Of a DNA stretch of 62,864 nt, positions 29,104 to 38,060 are shown one piece after another. The stretch is from positions 1 to 62,864 of the IMG/VR virus record IMGVR_UViG_3300032241_001240. One strand, given 5' to 3'. The notes under the pieces are model-generated. The model was not told the origin of the DNA and ran no database searches. It was given only the letters and a program-made list of their open reading frames with translations. Made by a program: the position numbers and the translations under genes. Each line of letters begins with the position of its first letter. Within the stretch, counting starts at the first letter, position 1. This DNA comes from a virus (Duplodnaviria; Caudoviricetes).

Positions 29104-30156
29104 TCACTTTTGTTGCTGACGCTTACGAATCGCAGCAATGATCTCGTCTGGAGTCTGCATCTTTTTCTCAGAAGCAGGTGCAGACGAAGCCGTAGTATTA
29201 GGCTCTTCCCACGGTGGAGAATTATCTTCTTCAACTACTGCAGGCTTGGTAGGCAATCTATTTAGAATGCTGCTTGCAGTAACCTTTGGAGTAGAAACTG
29301 GTGTTGATACAGCAGTTGACGAGCTGTTATCGGAATCATTGTTAGCGTTATCTAAACGCATACCATTTGGTCGATAGAATTGACCCCATCGATCAACATC
29401 GTACAATTCCTCATCTACACTTGCTCTGAATAATTCCATAATAGCAGCTAAATGTGCATCATCAGGCTTCTTTGGTAAGAAACTTGATAAATTCCACAAA
29501 CCATGTTGGTTAATAGCAGTAATCTCAGCATCTGTTAAAGCACGCTCTTTCATTGCCCATTTGCTGCTAGCATAATTTGCATAGTTACCTTTTGAACTTT
29601 TGAGTAGATAAAAATCTCTACCTTTATCATAGTCAGTAGGACTGTGCTCGAGATCCTGGTCCATGAGAATAGACTTGACAATATCAAATACCGACGTATT
29701 TATGACAAATCGACGAATAGGATTCTCTGGTTCTTGATCATCCTTGTTAGGGTTTGACGTTACAAATCCTTGAAATAAATAGCTCTTCTTACGGTAATAC
29801 TTGCGAGCCATGTCTTCTAAGCTTTTGTCCTTCCACCAAGGACGAATTTCAGCTGTTATCGGACAAGTACCCGACTTCCACATATCGGTGCAAGGAACTT
29901 GAACTTCAACAGGCTTTGAAATTGGATCGCCTTTAACACCTGGGAACGGAAGCTTAATAATAAGTCGTTCTATCCAGAAAAAGTCATTTGATTCGTCGCC
30001 ATCTGGAAGGAATCGTAATGTTGCGCTTGATCCTTCAGGATTATTCCAGAATGGATAAATGGCATTATCGCCACCGAAGCCGCCGCTTTTTGCGCGGTCT
30101 TTATTAGCTTGTTGAGCCAATAGTTTTGCTTGTATTTCTTTAAGAGTTAGTGCCAT
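29104..30156 (-). CDS. Single-stranded DNA-binding protein (T4 gp32-like)
   Basis: LRFLPDGD, FFWIER, VPC..MW...CPI, YLFQGFV, YANYASSKW; precedes uvsX. Confidence 0.88.
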   Translation of the reverse strand: MALTLKEIQAKLLAQQANKDRAKSGGFGGDNAIYPFWNNPEGSSATLRFLPDGDESNDFFWIERLIIKLPFPGVKGDPISKPVEVQVPCTDMWKSGTCPITAEIRPWWKDKSLEDMARKYYRKKSYLFQGFVTSNPNKDDQEPENPIRRFVINTSVFDIVKSILMDQDLEHSPTDYDKGRDFYLLKSSKGNYANYASSKWAMKERALTDAEITAINQHGLWNLSSFLPKKPDDAHLAAIMELFRASVDEELYDVDRWGQFYRPNGMRLDNANNDSDNSSSTAVSTPVSTPKVTASSILNRLPTKPAVVEEDNSPPWEEPNTTASSAPASEKKMQTPDEIIAAIRKRQQQK

Positions 30157-30272
30157 ATTGTGTGCCTCCTTGTGTGCCTATTAATGGGTTTAAGATAACA
30201 AGGGAAACTCCTTCGTCCCTTGCTAACAATACTATTTATACCAGACAGGTAATGCAAATTTAATTAAGGAAT

Positions 30273-30302
30273 AAAAAAAATGGACCTTTCGGTCCATTTT
30301 TT
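30273..30302 (-). terminator. Intrinsic terminator
   Basis: aaaaaatggacc-gaaa-ggtccatttttttt on the minus strand. Confidence 0.85.
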
Positions 30303-32544
30303 ATAATCCTGCTAAACGTTTAATACGCTCTAGCATTACCTCGTTAACATCGTCTGCTTGCATGTTGTTATTTGTAGATGTTTCGTTATTACTATATTTT
30401 TTTACAAACATATCAACAGCTTCTCTAGGTTTAGCATACGGAGATATATCTAAGTGTTCTATCTCTGTAAACTTATCCCCGTCCTTTTTCCACACATACC
30501 ATTCATTTTTTGTTGTATGTCTATCATATTGATCCTCGGCATGCAAAAGATAATAATCTCCAGCTTGTGCAACGACCTCGCCGCGGGCATAAGGATCCCA
30601 AATATATTTCGTATCCGGGGTATATGAATTTTCTTCTAAATCACTGTCAGCCGGTGTTTCATCTTCTACAGGTTCACCAAAATTCCAACGTTTTTCACGT
30701 TGACCGTCGTTATATGTAATTTCTTCTCTTCTTTCGCGAGCTTTTTGTGTAATACCGTGAGAGTCATTTTCATCTATATCATCGTCATACTCACCTTCGC
30801 CTGAGTCTAACCCTAACTCGCGTGCATGTTGCATTGCTTCGTGTTCGTCAGTAAACGGACCTTCTACATGATTATAATTGCCGTATTCTCGTTTAATCCA
30901 TGTCATTACATCATCCGGCGATAGATAACTTTCATACCCACTAACACCCCAATTCTGCGGAGTATTCCCAGCTATTGTAGATTCTTTCCATTTTCCGCCT
31001 TCTTTGGTAACCATGCCAACGAACACGCCATTATCTTCATTACCTATAATAACAAAGAATCCATCGTCTGTGTCACCTATATTATTATAGTCGTCATTTT
31101 CAACAAGTTCTAAATCTTCGGCTGGCGTATAATAAATTTCCGGATCATCACCAAATCTCACAGGATATTCGTTGCCTTCGAGATCGGCAACTATTCGACC
31201 TGCTCCTAACTTTTGTGTTTTGTGCCTGACTTTATCTCCAATTATAAACTGGGATGTTGTTTCAGATTCTGCGGCAAAAATAACTTCTGGAGAAAATTCA
31301 CTAAAGAATTCATTTAATTCAACTTCTTCAGGTAGAACAGTTTCGGCTTCTGTATATGTCAAGCTACTAGCAATAGCTTCTCGTACCAAAGAGATATCTT
31401 CATCTGTTGGCTTCACATTGTCGGCGATCATTTCGGCAATTTCTGATAATCTAGCCGCTGCATGCGGATCTGAGCAAGCATCCGCTAATTCACTGATTTG
31501 CCAATGCAAGCGTTCTAATACTTCCTGCTTGTCAGGTGCACCACTGATGTTTGGTTTACGATTCCATGAAAATGATATAGGTTGTGGTTGATTATCAATG
31601 CCGCTTAGGTATTTTGCTGCAACGCCTAAATCACCGTAAAAAGGTTCGTCTTGACCACACGAGCATTCTTCTGCTAATTTTTGCCACATGCTGTTTGTTG
31701 CAGTTTCGTCGAGAATAATAGCCTGTGTTGCAAGAATAGATTCGGCTCTGGCATACCCTTTTGGACCGTGTAGACTTTTTAACCGACGATTAATATCGTT
31801 CATATTTTCTCTAACACTTACAATCCATTCTGTAACAATTTGATTCTGACGCATAACATGCGCTGCACGGCGTAGACTAATATAATCGCTACTCAAATTC
31901 ATAATACCTTCTGCGATTGCATCATGATTGCTGCCGCCATTGCTTATATGCCGTGCAAATGCCCTAGCTCCGCTCATATGTAAATGAGGATACGAAAAAC
32001 GTTCTCCTAATTTGTTTTCAACAAACAATGCACGAATGTGGCGTGTTCTTGCACCTGATTTTTCTTCATTTACAACATCACTATGTCGTATGATTAATTT
32101 AGCTTCGCCAATTCGTTGGAAGGAACTTTTGGTGGTTCCAAACCACTTGCTAACGTCTTTACTTTCCTTAATATTATGCACAGCTTCCTCCCTGGGGTCA
32201 ATAGCGTGATCAAATACTTGCCAGACCACTTTGATACCTTCTCGTTGGCTAACAGCTTTTCTTATATGATTTCTAAGTTGATATACAGTTTTAAAATCAT
32301 CATCATCTTTTAAATTAGGTGTTTTAATGTTAATATAACTGTTTTGGCCTTGATCGTGTAATGCTACCAATATAGTGAAATCATCTAATTCAGGATTGTA
32401 ACTAGTAAATGTAGCAAAAAATCTCGTAGCATCATCTGGGTCGATAGTCTTGTTGCCTTTGGCATCGTACATGACAAGTTTTTCACAAGATCCTTTGATG
32501 ATCCAATACAGTTTGTCTGTAACGATTTTCCAATTAAAACTCAT
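30301..32544 (-). CDS. Large acidic modular putative head-internal protein
   Basis: TAAATA promoter; IKES, VNEE, LDET, LNEF, LVEN, IDEN and LEEN sites; SH3-like module FIIGDKVRHK...; ends ERIKRLAGL. Confidence 0.75.
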   Translation of the reverse strand: MSFNWKIVTDKLYWIIKGSCEKLVMYDAKGNKTIDPDDATRFFATFTSYNPELDDFTILVALHDQGQNSYINIKTPNLKDDDDFKTVYQLRNHIRKAVSQREGIKVVWQVFDHAIDPREEAVHNIKESKDVSKWFGTTKSSFQRIGEAKLIIRHSDVVNEEKSGARTRHIRALFVENKLGERFSYPHLHMSGARAFARHISNGGSNHDAIAEGIMNLSSDYISLRRAAHVMRQNQIVTEWIVSVRENMNDINRRLKSLHGPKGYARAESILATQAIILDETATNSMWQKLAEECSCGQDEPFYGDLGVAAKYLSGIDNQPQPISFSWNRKPNISGAPDKQEVLERLHWQISELADACSDPHAAARLSEIAEMIADNVKPTDEDISLVREAIASSLTYTEAETVLPEEVELNEFFSEFSPEVIFAAESETTSQFIIGDKVRHKTQKLGAGRIVADLEGNEYPVRFGDDPEIYYTPAEDLELVENDDYNNIGDTDDGFFVIIGNEDNGVFVGMVTKEGGKWKESTIAGNTPQNWGVSGYESYLSPDDVMTWIKREYGNYNHVEGPFTDEHEAMQHARELGLDSGEGEYDDDIDENDSHGITQKARERREEITYNDGQREKRWNFGEPVEDETPADSDLEENSYTPDTKYIWDPYARGEVVAQAGDYYLLHAEDQYDRHTTKNEWYVWKKDGDKFTEIEHLDISPYAKPREAVDMFVKKYSNNETSTNNNMQADDVNEVMLERIKRLAGL

Positions 32545-32604
32545 TGAATACTCCGGATATAGGTAAAGTATATTTAGTCTTCAGGACATTTAGACAACAA
32601 CAGA

Positions 32605-34317
32605 TTAATTTATTATCACAGAGAACGGCAGAGGATCTCGATGTTCAGTTTCATTGTCATCGAACACATCTTTCATCAATTCTCCAACTTTATCATCCCA
32701 ATTAGTGACCATTTGCATCATACGTATACACAGGATTGTAGCCATAACACAGTCATCATTTTCGCCTTGTTTAGCCGAAAATCCATCGCCTTTGGATATG
32801 AAAAATTTCAATTGTTTGATTAACATTTTGCTTTTAATTTGCAATCTATTGCTTTCTACAAGACTCTTTAGTTTGCTACAAGCATTAGCTTTGCTGCGAC
32901 CATTCGTGTTCAAACCTTTACGATATCGCACTAATCCAGTTCTACGAGTTTCATTCAACAATTGACCCATAAAATTTTCTTCGCCTATATCATTTATCGT
33001 TTGTAGAGCAGCTTCTCCCCATGTATTGTTTTCAAAGGTAAAATAAATGTCTGGTTCACCTTTGAATCCAGATTTTTTACAATCGTCGTAAATCTTATTG
33101 ATGATAGTTTGCATTGTGCGTACCTGATTGGGGATACTGGTTTTACTACTGGTCCATTCTGCTATTTGTGACATATCTGGTAAACTCCAGACTTCGATAG
33201 CAGCAGGATCTTTCCCTACACCTGCACTCGGGTCTAGACTTACTAGATAAGTTCGATCTGTGGTTATGCGATCATACCAACGTATTTCGCCAGTTTTATA
33301 AAGAGGATCAGATCCTCGTAACCGTTGTAATGTAACCCCGCCTATAAGTGTACTTTCTTCACCGGCGAATTGACAGCAATATTCTCTTAGAAATCTCTCC
33401 TCTCCAATTTTAGCACGCTCAACATCTGCCCAAACTTCGTCGCGGCCTGGTACATCACTATAATGAGCAGAGAATCCTTTGAAGCCATTAACACCCACTC
33501 CATTCAGTATTTCATTACCGTGCTCATCAATGGTGTTTATGGCGCCAAACCATAATTCTGCAAACATATCTTCGTCACTTGCCGGAGTTGATGTTATGAT
33601 ACATTTACCACCTGTTGCCAATGTCGGTGCCATAGCCGTCCAAAATTCTCTTGCAACTCCTGGCCGAACGAACGCAAATTCGTCTAGATATAATAAACTA
33701 ATAGCCATACCTCGACCGCTATCTGGTGTAGTAGTTGTAGCAACTATGCGCGATCCGTTGTCAAATCTTATGCTTGTTACGTTATACTCTGTAACACCTG
33801 CACGTATATGATTTGGCATTTCTTCATATGCATATTTGATACGCATCATTATTTCGTTAGCTGCTTTGAATTTGTTTGCTGCTATTAACACTGTAACATC
33901 GTCGTGATACATAGCATACCATAACAAATAACCGGCCGCAGTCGTTGTATTATGACTTAAAATACCATTTGTATAATAACGATGATCGGGTGATTCCACC
34001 GAAACATCATACATGTTGTCATATAAATCACTGATTTTTAACGATTTTACTGATACTACACCAGAATCTGTTTGTATCAAACAACCAGGGGTTAGATCTT
34101 TAACAAAGATCTCATTATAATTTTCGTCAAATACAATATGATTGTCTGCACAAAAAAGGTGATACCCGTTGTCTAGCAACAATTCGTATACTTGATATTC
34201 TATGGTTTTTGATATTTCTGTACAAGGCTGCCAACCAGAGTCTGTTAATATATCCCAATCATCCAGGGATATTTGATCTATAAATTTTCGATCTACTGTT
34301 TCAGACATTGCATGCAT
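32605..34317 (-). CDS. terL: Split-intein C-fragment (~123 aa) fused to terminase large subunit C-extein
   Basis: Probable start ATG 34317 after AAAGGT (alternative 34362). ...CADNHIV...MYDVSV...YYTNGILSHN|TTTAAGYLLWY; LDEFAF (Walker B), ITSTP, LDPSAG, NDDCVMA. Confidence 0.92.
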   Translation of the reverse strand: MHAMSETVDRKFIDQISLDDWDILTDSGWQPCTEISKTIEYQVYELLLDNGYHLFCADNHIVFDENYNEIFVKDLTPGCLIQTDSGVVSVKSLKISDLYDNMYDVSVESPDHRYYTNGILSHNTTTAAGYLLWYAMYHDDVTVLIAANKFKAANEIMMRIKYAYEEMPNHIRAGVTEYNVTSIRFDNGSRIVATTTTPDSGRGMAISLLYLDEFAFVRPGVAREFWTAMAPTLATGGKCIITSTPASDEDMFAELWFGAINTIDEHGNEILNGVGVNGFKGFSAHYSDVPGRDEVWADVERAKIGEERFLREYCCQFAGEESTLIGGVTLQRLRGSDPLYKTGEIRWYDRITTDRTYLVSLDPSAGVGKDPAAIEVWSLPDMSQIAEWTSSKTSIPNQVRTMQTIINKIYDDCKKSGFKGEPDIYFTFENNTWGEAALQTINDIGEENFMGQLLNETRRTGLVRYRKGLNTNGRSKANACSKLKSLVESNRLQIKSKMLIKQLKFFISKGDGFSAKQGENDDCVMATILCIRMMQMVTNWDDKVGELMKDVFDDNETEHRDPLPFSVIIN

Positions 34318-34363
34318 TGTTCTATTACCTTTTTGGGTTTGATTTATATTACGATCAACCATA

Positions 34364-34789
34364 CTACCGTCGTCGGGCTGTACTGACTGTGTCTCTTCTT
34401 TTGTATTGACTGATATCTGGTAAGGTTGTTCCTGCTCGCATACAAGCAGCCCATTCGTAATAGGTCCCAATTGGGATATCATAAATTTCTCCTGTGGATT
34501 GTTGTTTAATACTAATTAAAGTATCATGTACAACACATTTCCCACTCTGCCTCGGAATCATAGCCAGCACGTTTCTGTATTCATCATAAGCGTGTACCAA
34601 ATCACGCTGAAACAGATATGCTTCAAAAGGTACTTTACCTTTTGTTGGATGCTGGATATACATAAAATGTTCCATAAACCATAAAGGGTCTTTGTGACAT
34701 TTGACTAGCTCTTGTAGCTGTTCTTTAGTCATCGGAACTTTTAATCCAGGCGGTTTTAATTTTTCAAAATCTGTTGTATTCTTTCCCAT
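34364..34789 (-). CDS. terL: Terminase large subunit N-extein fused to a short split-intein N-fragment
   Basis: gp17-like KCHKDPLWF...YIQHP...PRQSGK|CVVHDTLISIK...IPIGTYYE; Cys at 34537, stop 57 codons later, in a different frame from the C-part. Confidence 0.9.
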   Translation of the reverse strand: MGKNTTDFEKLKPPGLKVPMTKEQLQELVKCHKDPLWFMEHFMYIQHPTKGKVPFEAYLFQRDLVHAYDEYRNVLAMIPRQSGKCVVHDTLISIKQQSTGEIYDIPIGTYYEWAACMRAGTTLPDISQYKRRDTVSTARRR

Positions 34790-34796
34790 TTTCTCA

Positions 34797-35045
34797 TCAA
34801 TTCAAGGAGAACAACTCGTCTATCGATCTGTAAGATTTTACATAGTCTCCCGATATACTTATCAGTACTTCGTTTATAACTGCTTCTATATTAGTGTGCC
34901 AATGTTTTAAAAATTTATGAGTTCGATATAATTCCGGAATATGATCCTCAAAACCCCAGCAAAATTCTTGCAATAAACTGGGATGATCTGGGATGTAATA
35001 ATAAACTTTGAGCAATACAGGTTTGGTACTAAAAATCAACATCAC
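34797..35045 (-). CDS. usg: Usg-family protein
   Basis: YYIPDHPSLLQEFCW..ED..PE....KFL..W...IE pattern; AGGAGG SD before GTG 35045/ATG 35042. Confidence 0.8.
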   Translation of the reverse strand: MMLIFSTKPVLLKVYYYIPDHPSLLQEFCWGFEDHIPELYRTHKFLKHWHTNIEAVINEVLISISGDYVKSYRSIDELFSLN

Positions 35046-35090
35046 TATCCTCCTTTTGTGAAAATAACACCAATAGAGGCCGTGCATTCA

Positions 35091-35813
35091 TTATTTGAAA
35101 GCGTGTTGCCTCACAATGGTACTCATCGGACTATGACTACCATCATCAACAGGCTCCTCATCACTAAGCGGATCTTTATCGAAACTTGGTTTGGTTGGGT
35201 CACTAAGAGGACTCATTACGCCCGTGTCATTTTCTCGTTCAGTTTCTTCGAGATATTGTTGATATTCTGTAGTCAAATGTGCATGCAATTCTTGAATCAA
35301 ACCGTTATCGCCAGCAGAACCTTTAATGCGTTGCGGGTTTTCTACTGCTTGCCAAATTAAATCTGGCTCGTCAATTTCTTCACCTTCGTCTTTGAATATA
35401 CGGTGCCCCCAGTCATATTCTGCAACATCTTCGTCTAGTGATAAAATTTCGTCAATTTCGTTATCGATATCTTGATCTGCATCGTCGATAGAATCATCGG
35501 TAATTGCATTTGTATCATCAATGTTATTGTTGGTAGGTTCTGCAGCCGGACTAGCCATTGGAGGCATACCAGCGTTTTTACGCATTACCGCTAGATCAGA
35601 ATCATAATCGTTAGTAGGTGACTGTACACTTGTTGTTGGTTCTGCAGGAGCAGCAGATAATGGGTCAGCACCGACTGGACCAGAAGCGGCAGATGTATTA
35701 GATGGTGCCATGCCTGCTAATTGAACAATACGCGCTACTTCGTCGGCATCAACACTGCTTACATCAATGTTGGTTGTGTCACTTGTTACTGAAAGTTGAT
35801 AATGTCTTTCCAT
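35091..35813 (-). CDS. Acidic putative prohead-core/internal protein
   Basis: RIVQLAGM and MRKNAGM motifs; LDED and LEET sites. Confidence 0.7.
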   Translation of the reverse strand: MERHYQLSVTSDTTNIDVSSVDADEVARIVQLAGMAPSNTSAASGPVGADPLSAAPAEPTTSVQSPTNDYDSDLAVMRKNAGMPPMASPAAEPTNNNIDDTNAITDDSIDDADQDIDNEIDEILSLDEDVAEYDWGHRIFKDEGEEIDEPDLIWQAVENPQRIKGSAGDNGLIQELHAHLTTEYQQYLEETERENDTGVMSPLSDPTKPSFDKDPLSDEEPVDDGSHSPMSTIVRQHAFK

Positions 35814-35814
35814 G

Positions 35815-36603
35815 TTAGTTCTTCTCCGCTGGTTGCACTACTTGCTTGGCCTTGCCAGTTTTTGGATCCTTAAAGAACTTTACCTTTGGGATAGAGTTAT
35901 CTGACATAGAACCCTTGCTGTTGACAAATTTGTCGTCAACAGGCTTGCGGTCACTGCCGCGGGTTGTTGGCTTAGGTGTATCAAACTGTGCGTTGAAATC
36001 ACTTGTGTCTTGAATAGGTTCACCGGGTGCAATATCTTCCATTTGCAACCAATTGAACAATGGAGCCGAAGGCTCTACCTGCATACTAGGTCTACTATCT
36101 GCTACTCCGGCTAGATATGATAATAGGTTTTTATTATATTCGTTGCCAAATAATGGCTCTACCGGTGGCTGCTCAGACGCATCATATTCTCGATTGGTGC
36201 TGAGACGTGCTGCATGAGCTTCTCCTGCGTTTTCTGCAGCAGCATCTTCTAGACGATTCCATACATCGTATTCAGCATATCGTTCAATCGGCTCGTTGGG
36301 TGATCGTACTACTATATATTTTTCTGGAATATTTGTGCAAAGACGTAAATCCTGCTGTAGTATATACGATACACAAGGTGTACCAATGGTAAATGTCATC
36401 ATGAATACATCTTTATTCGGAATATCAATAAAATCCTTATGATCCATTGGAACTTTTACTGGTGTTGTTATAGATTTTAGATCGTATCTCTTTAACCATT
36501 CACCGATAATCTGAACCTGTTCTTCAGTAGGTTGCTGAGAAAATTTAATCACATAATTGTGATCTTTCGAGCTTTCTTCTAGATACTCTTTAAAACTCTT
36601 CAT
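35815..36603 (-). CDS. Putative head-internal protein
   Basis: MKSFKEYLEE leader, similar to the T4 internal-protein capsid-targeting sequence. Confidence 0.72.
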   Translation of the reverse strand: MKSFKEYLEESSKDHNYVIKFSQQPTEEQVQIIGEWLKRYDLKSITTPVKVPMDHKDFIDIPNKDVFMMTFTIGTPCVSYILQQDLRLCTNIPEKYIVVRSPNEPIERYAEYDVWNRLEDAAAENAGEAHAARLSTNREYDASEQPPVEPLFGNEYNKNLLSYLAGVADSRPSMQVEPSAPLFNWLQMEDIAPGEPIQDTSDFNAQFDTPKPTTRGSDRKPVDDKFVNSKGSMSDNSIPKVKFFKDPKTGKAKQVVQPAEKN

Positions 36604-36624
36604 GTTAAGTGGCTCCTATGTTGT

Positions 36625-37086
36625 TTATTTATCATTGGTGCCAATTTGACGTAACTGTTTTAATATCTCATTGCGATCTAAAGTTACAGCAGTACCTTCT
36701 ACAGTTTTATCATTGCCAGCAATTCTATCAAGTTTCATTTTTTCTAATTGCAAGCGTAATAATTTTAACTTTTTTTCGACTTTGTTATTCTTAGCATCTA
36801 CTGCTATTTTCAACATTTGACTCGAACTTGAAAATATTTCCCCTGCATATCTAACTTCAACATTCATACCGAGATCTTGTAGATCTTTGTGTGATTGTAT
36901 AGCTAGATCTGCTAGCTCATCCATTTCGATATCATGTTGATCATACCCATCTATTTGATCAAATTGTTTTTCTAAATCTTTAGCATGCTCTAACGCTGCT
37001 TCAATATCTTCTGATGTAGCCTCGCTAATTTCGCTAATCGATGGCAACTCAAATGTTTCTTCTAATTTGTTAAATTTATTGCTCAT
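36625..37086 (-). CDS. Putative terminase small subunit (gp16-like)
   Basis: Helical protein ending ...VTLDRNEILKQL, a few genes upstream of terL. Assignment is from position and pattern only. Confidence 0.45.
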   Translation of the reverse strand: MSNKFNKLEETFELPSISEISEATSEDIEAALEHAKDLEKQFDQIDGYDQHDIEMDELADLAIQSHKDLQDLGMNVEVRYAGEIFSSSSQMLKIAVDAKNNKVEKKLKLLRLQLEKMKLDRIAGNDKTVEGTAVTLDRNEILKQLRQIGTNDK

Positions 37087-37116
37087 GCAAGTATTTACAC
37101 TAAATTTAGTAATAAT

Positions 37117-37563
37117 TTATTTTTTCTTACGTTGAATGCCTTTTTTGACAAAGATCTGATCTTCTGTAAGAATCCTAAAAGATAATCCATTCTTTTTACA
37201 ATAAGACATCGCAGCCGCCCATTTAGCAGTATTCAATAATAATGCCGCTTTATCTCTCTTGCTTTTGGCATTTTCGGCAATAGCTTCTTTAGCAGGTTTT
37301 ACCTCTACTAATTCTGCTCGTTGTTTTCCAGATTTATCATTATATACTATTAAAAAATCTGGAATGTACCTGTGAATTTTCCCGTCCAATGGACTTCTAT
37401 ATGGTATTGCAATACTTTCACTAGCCCAATTAATGACATTTGGATGTTGATCTAATAATGTCATTACTCTAAGTTCCCACCCAGATCTAAAAACTATTTT
37501 AGAATTCCCTACAATTTTATGTGGGTTCTTTGGAATAAATTCGCCCTGATTATATTTGCTCAT
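37117..37563 (-). CDS. Head-completion nuclease (T4 gp4-like, TnsA-type)
   Basis: F.PKNP.K, FRSGWE, WASE.I.IPY, YIPDF, VEVKP, N.AKW.AA, F.ILTE. Confidence 0.9.
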   Translation of the reverse strand: MSKYNQGEFIPKNPHKIVGNSKIVFRSGWELRVMTLLDQHPNVINWASESIAIPYRSPLDGKIHRYIPDFLIVYNDKSGKQRAELVEVKPAKEAIAENAKSKRDKAALLLNTAKWAAAMSYCKKNGLSFRILTEDQIFVKKGIQRKKK

Positions 37564-38036
37564 GCTTGATCCGTAATAGCTGCTGCAATAGAGCCACGCA
37601 ACGTTGGATTATTTTCCCAAACAGGTGCAGTATTAATCATGGTAACTCCTATCTGAGATCCAACAGGAGCAAGTGCATTATATGCTTGTAAAAATGCTAG
37701 AGTTACACCATTTTCATCAAATAACATACCAATCGGAATACCTTGTGTTGCATTGATGTATGCTGCAACCGAAGCAATTGATTGTACAAGTGCAGGAGGT
37801 ACATTGGTATTAGCATAATAACCTTGTGCTAATGCTAGTGCTTGAGCAGACAAACGAGGATTAGCGCTTGTTATCGGATTATTAAGTATTGCAGACGAGT
37901 ACGGCGGTAAATTTAGAATTCGACCGTCTAGAGAATTGGTATATTGAAACCCCCCGCCGACTTGTGTTATAGCAATTTGTCCGCTTTGTTGTGCTATCTG
38001 TTGCTGTATGGTTTGTTGAGTGAAATTAACTGCCAT
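37560..38036 (-). CDS. Putative virion protein
   Basis: Low-charge ORF in the tail/head operon. Confidence 0.65.
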   Translation of the reverse strand: MAVNFTQQTIQQQIAQQSGQIAITQVGGGFQYTNSLDGRILNLPPYSSAILNNPITSANPRLSAQALALAQGYYANTNVPPALVQSIASVAAYINATQGIPIGMLFDENGVTLAFLQAYNALAPVGSQIGVTMINTAPVWENNPTLRGSIAAAITDQA

Positions 38037-38060
38037 GATATACCCGATTATTCAAAAATT

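Noticed and set aside
34318-34482. N-terminal 55 aa of the tracked 625-aa terminase ORF
   Set aside because: It overlaps the TerL-N/IntN gene in another frame and has no intein or terminase features. ATG 34317 has an SD-like AAAGGT. Kept only as a possible frameshift route.
26501-34789. Interpreting the broken recA and terL as pseudogenes or group I intron-split genes
   Set aside because: Breaks coincide exactly with intein termini (Cys start, HN end, Ser/Thr+1), the halves have their own starts, and no intron-like non-coding space is present.
37117-37563. TnsA transposase of a Tn7-like element
   Set aside because: Motifs and context match the T4 gp4 head-completion nuclease, and no tnsB/tnsC is present.
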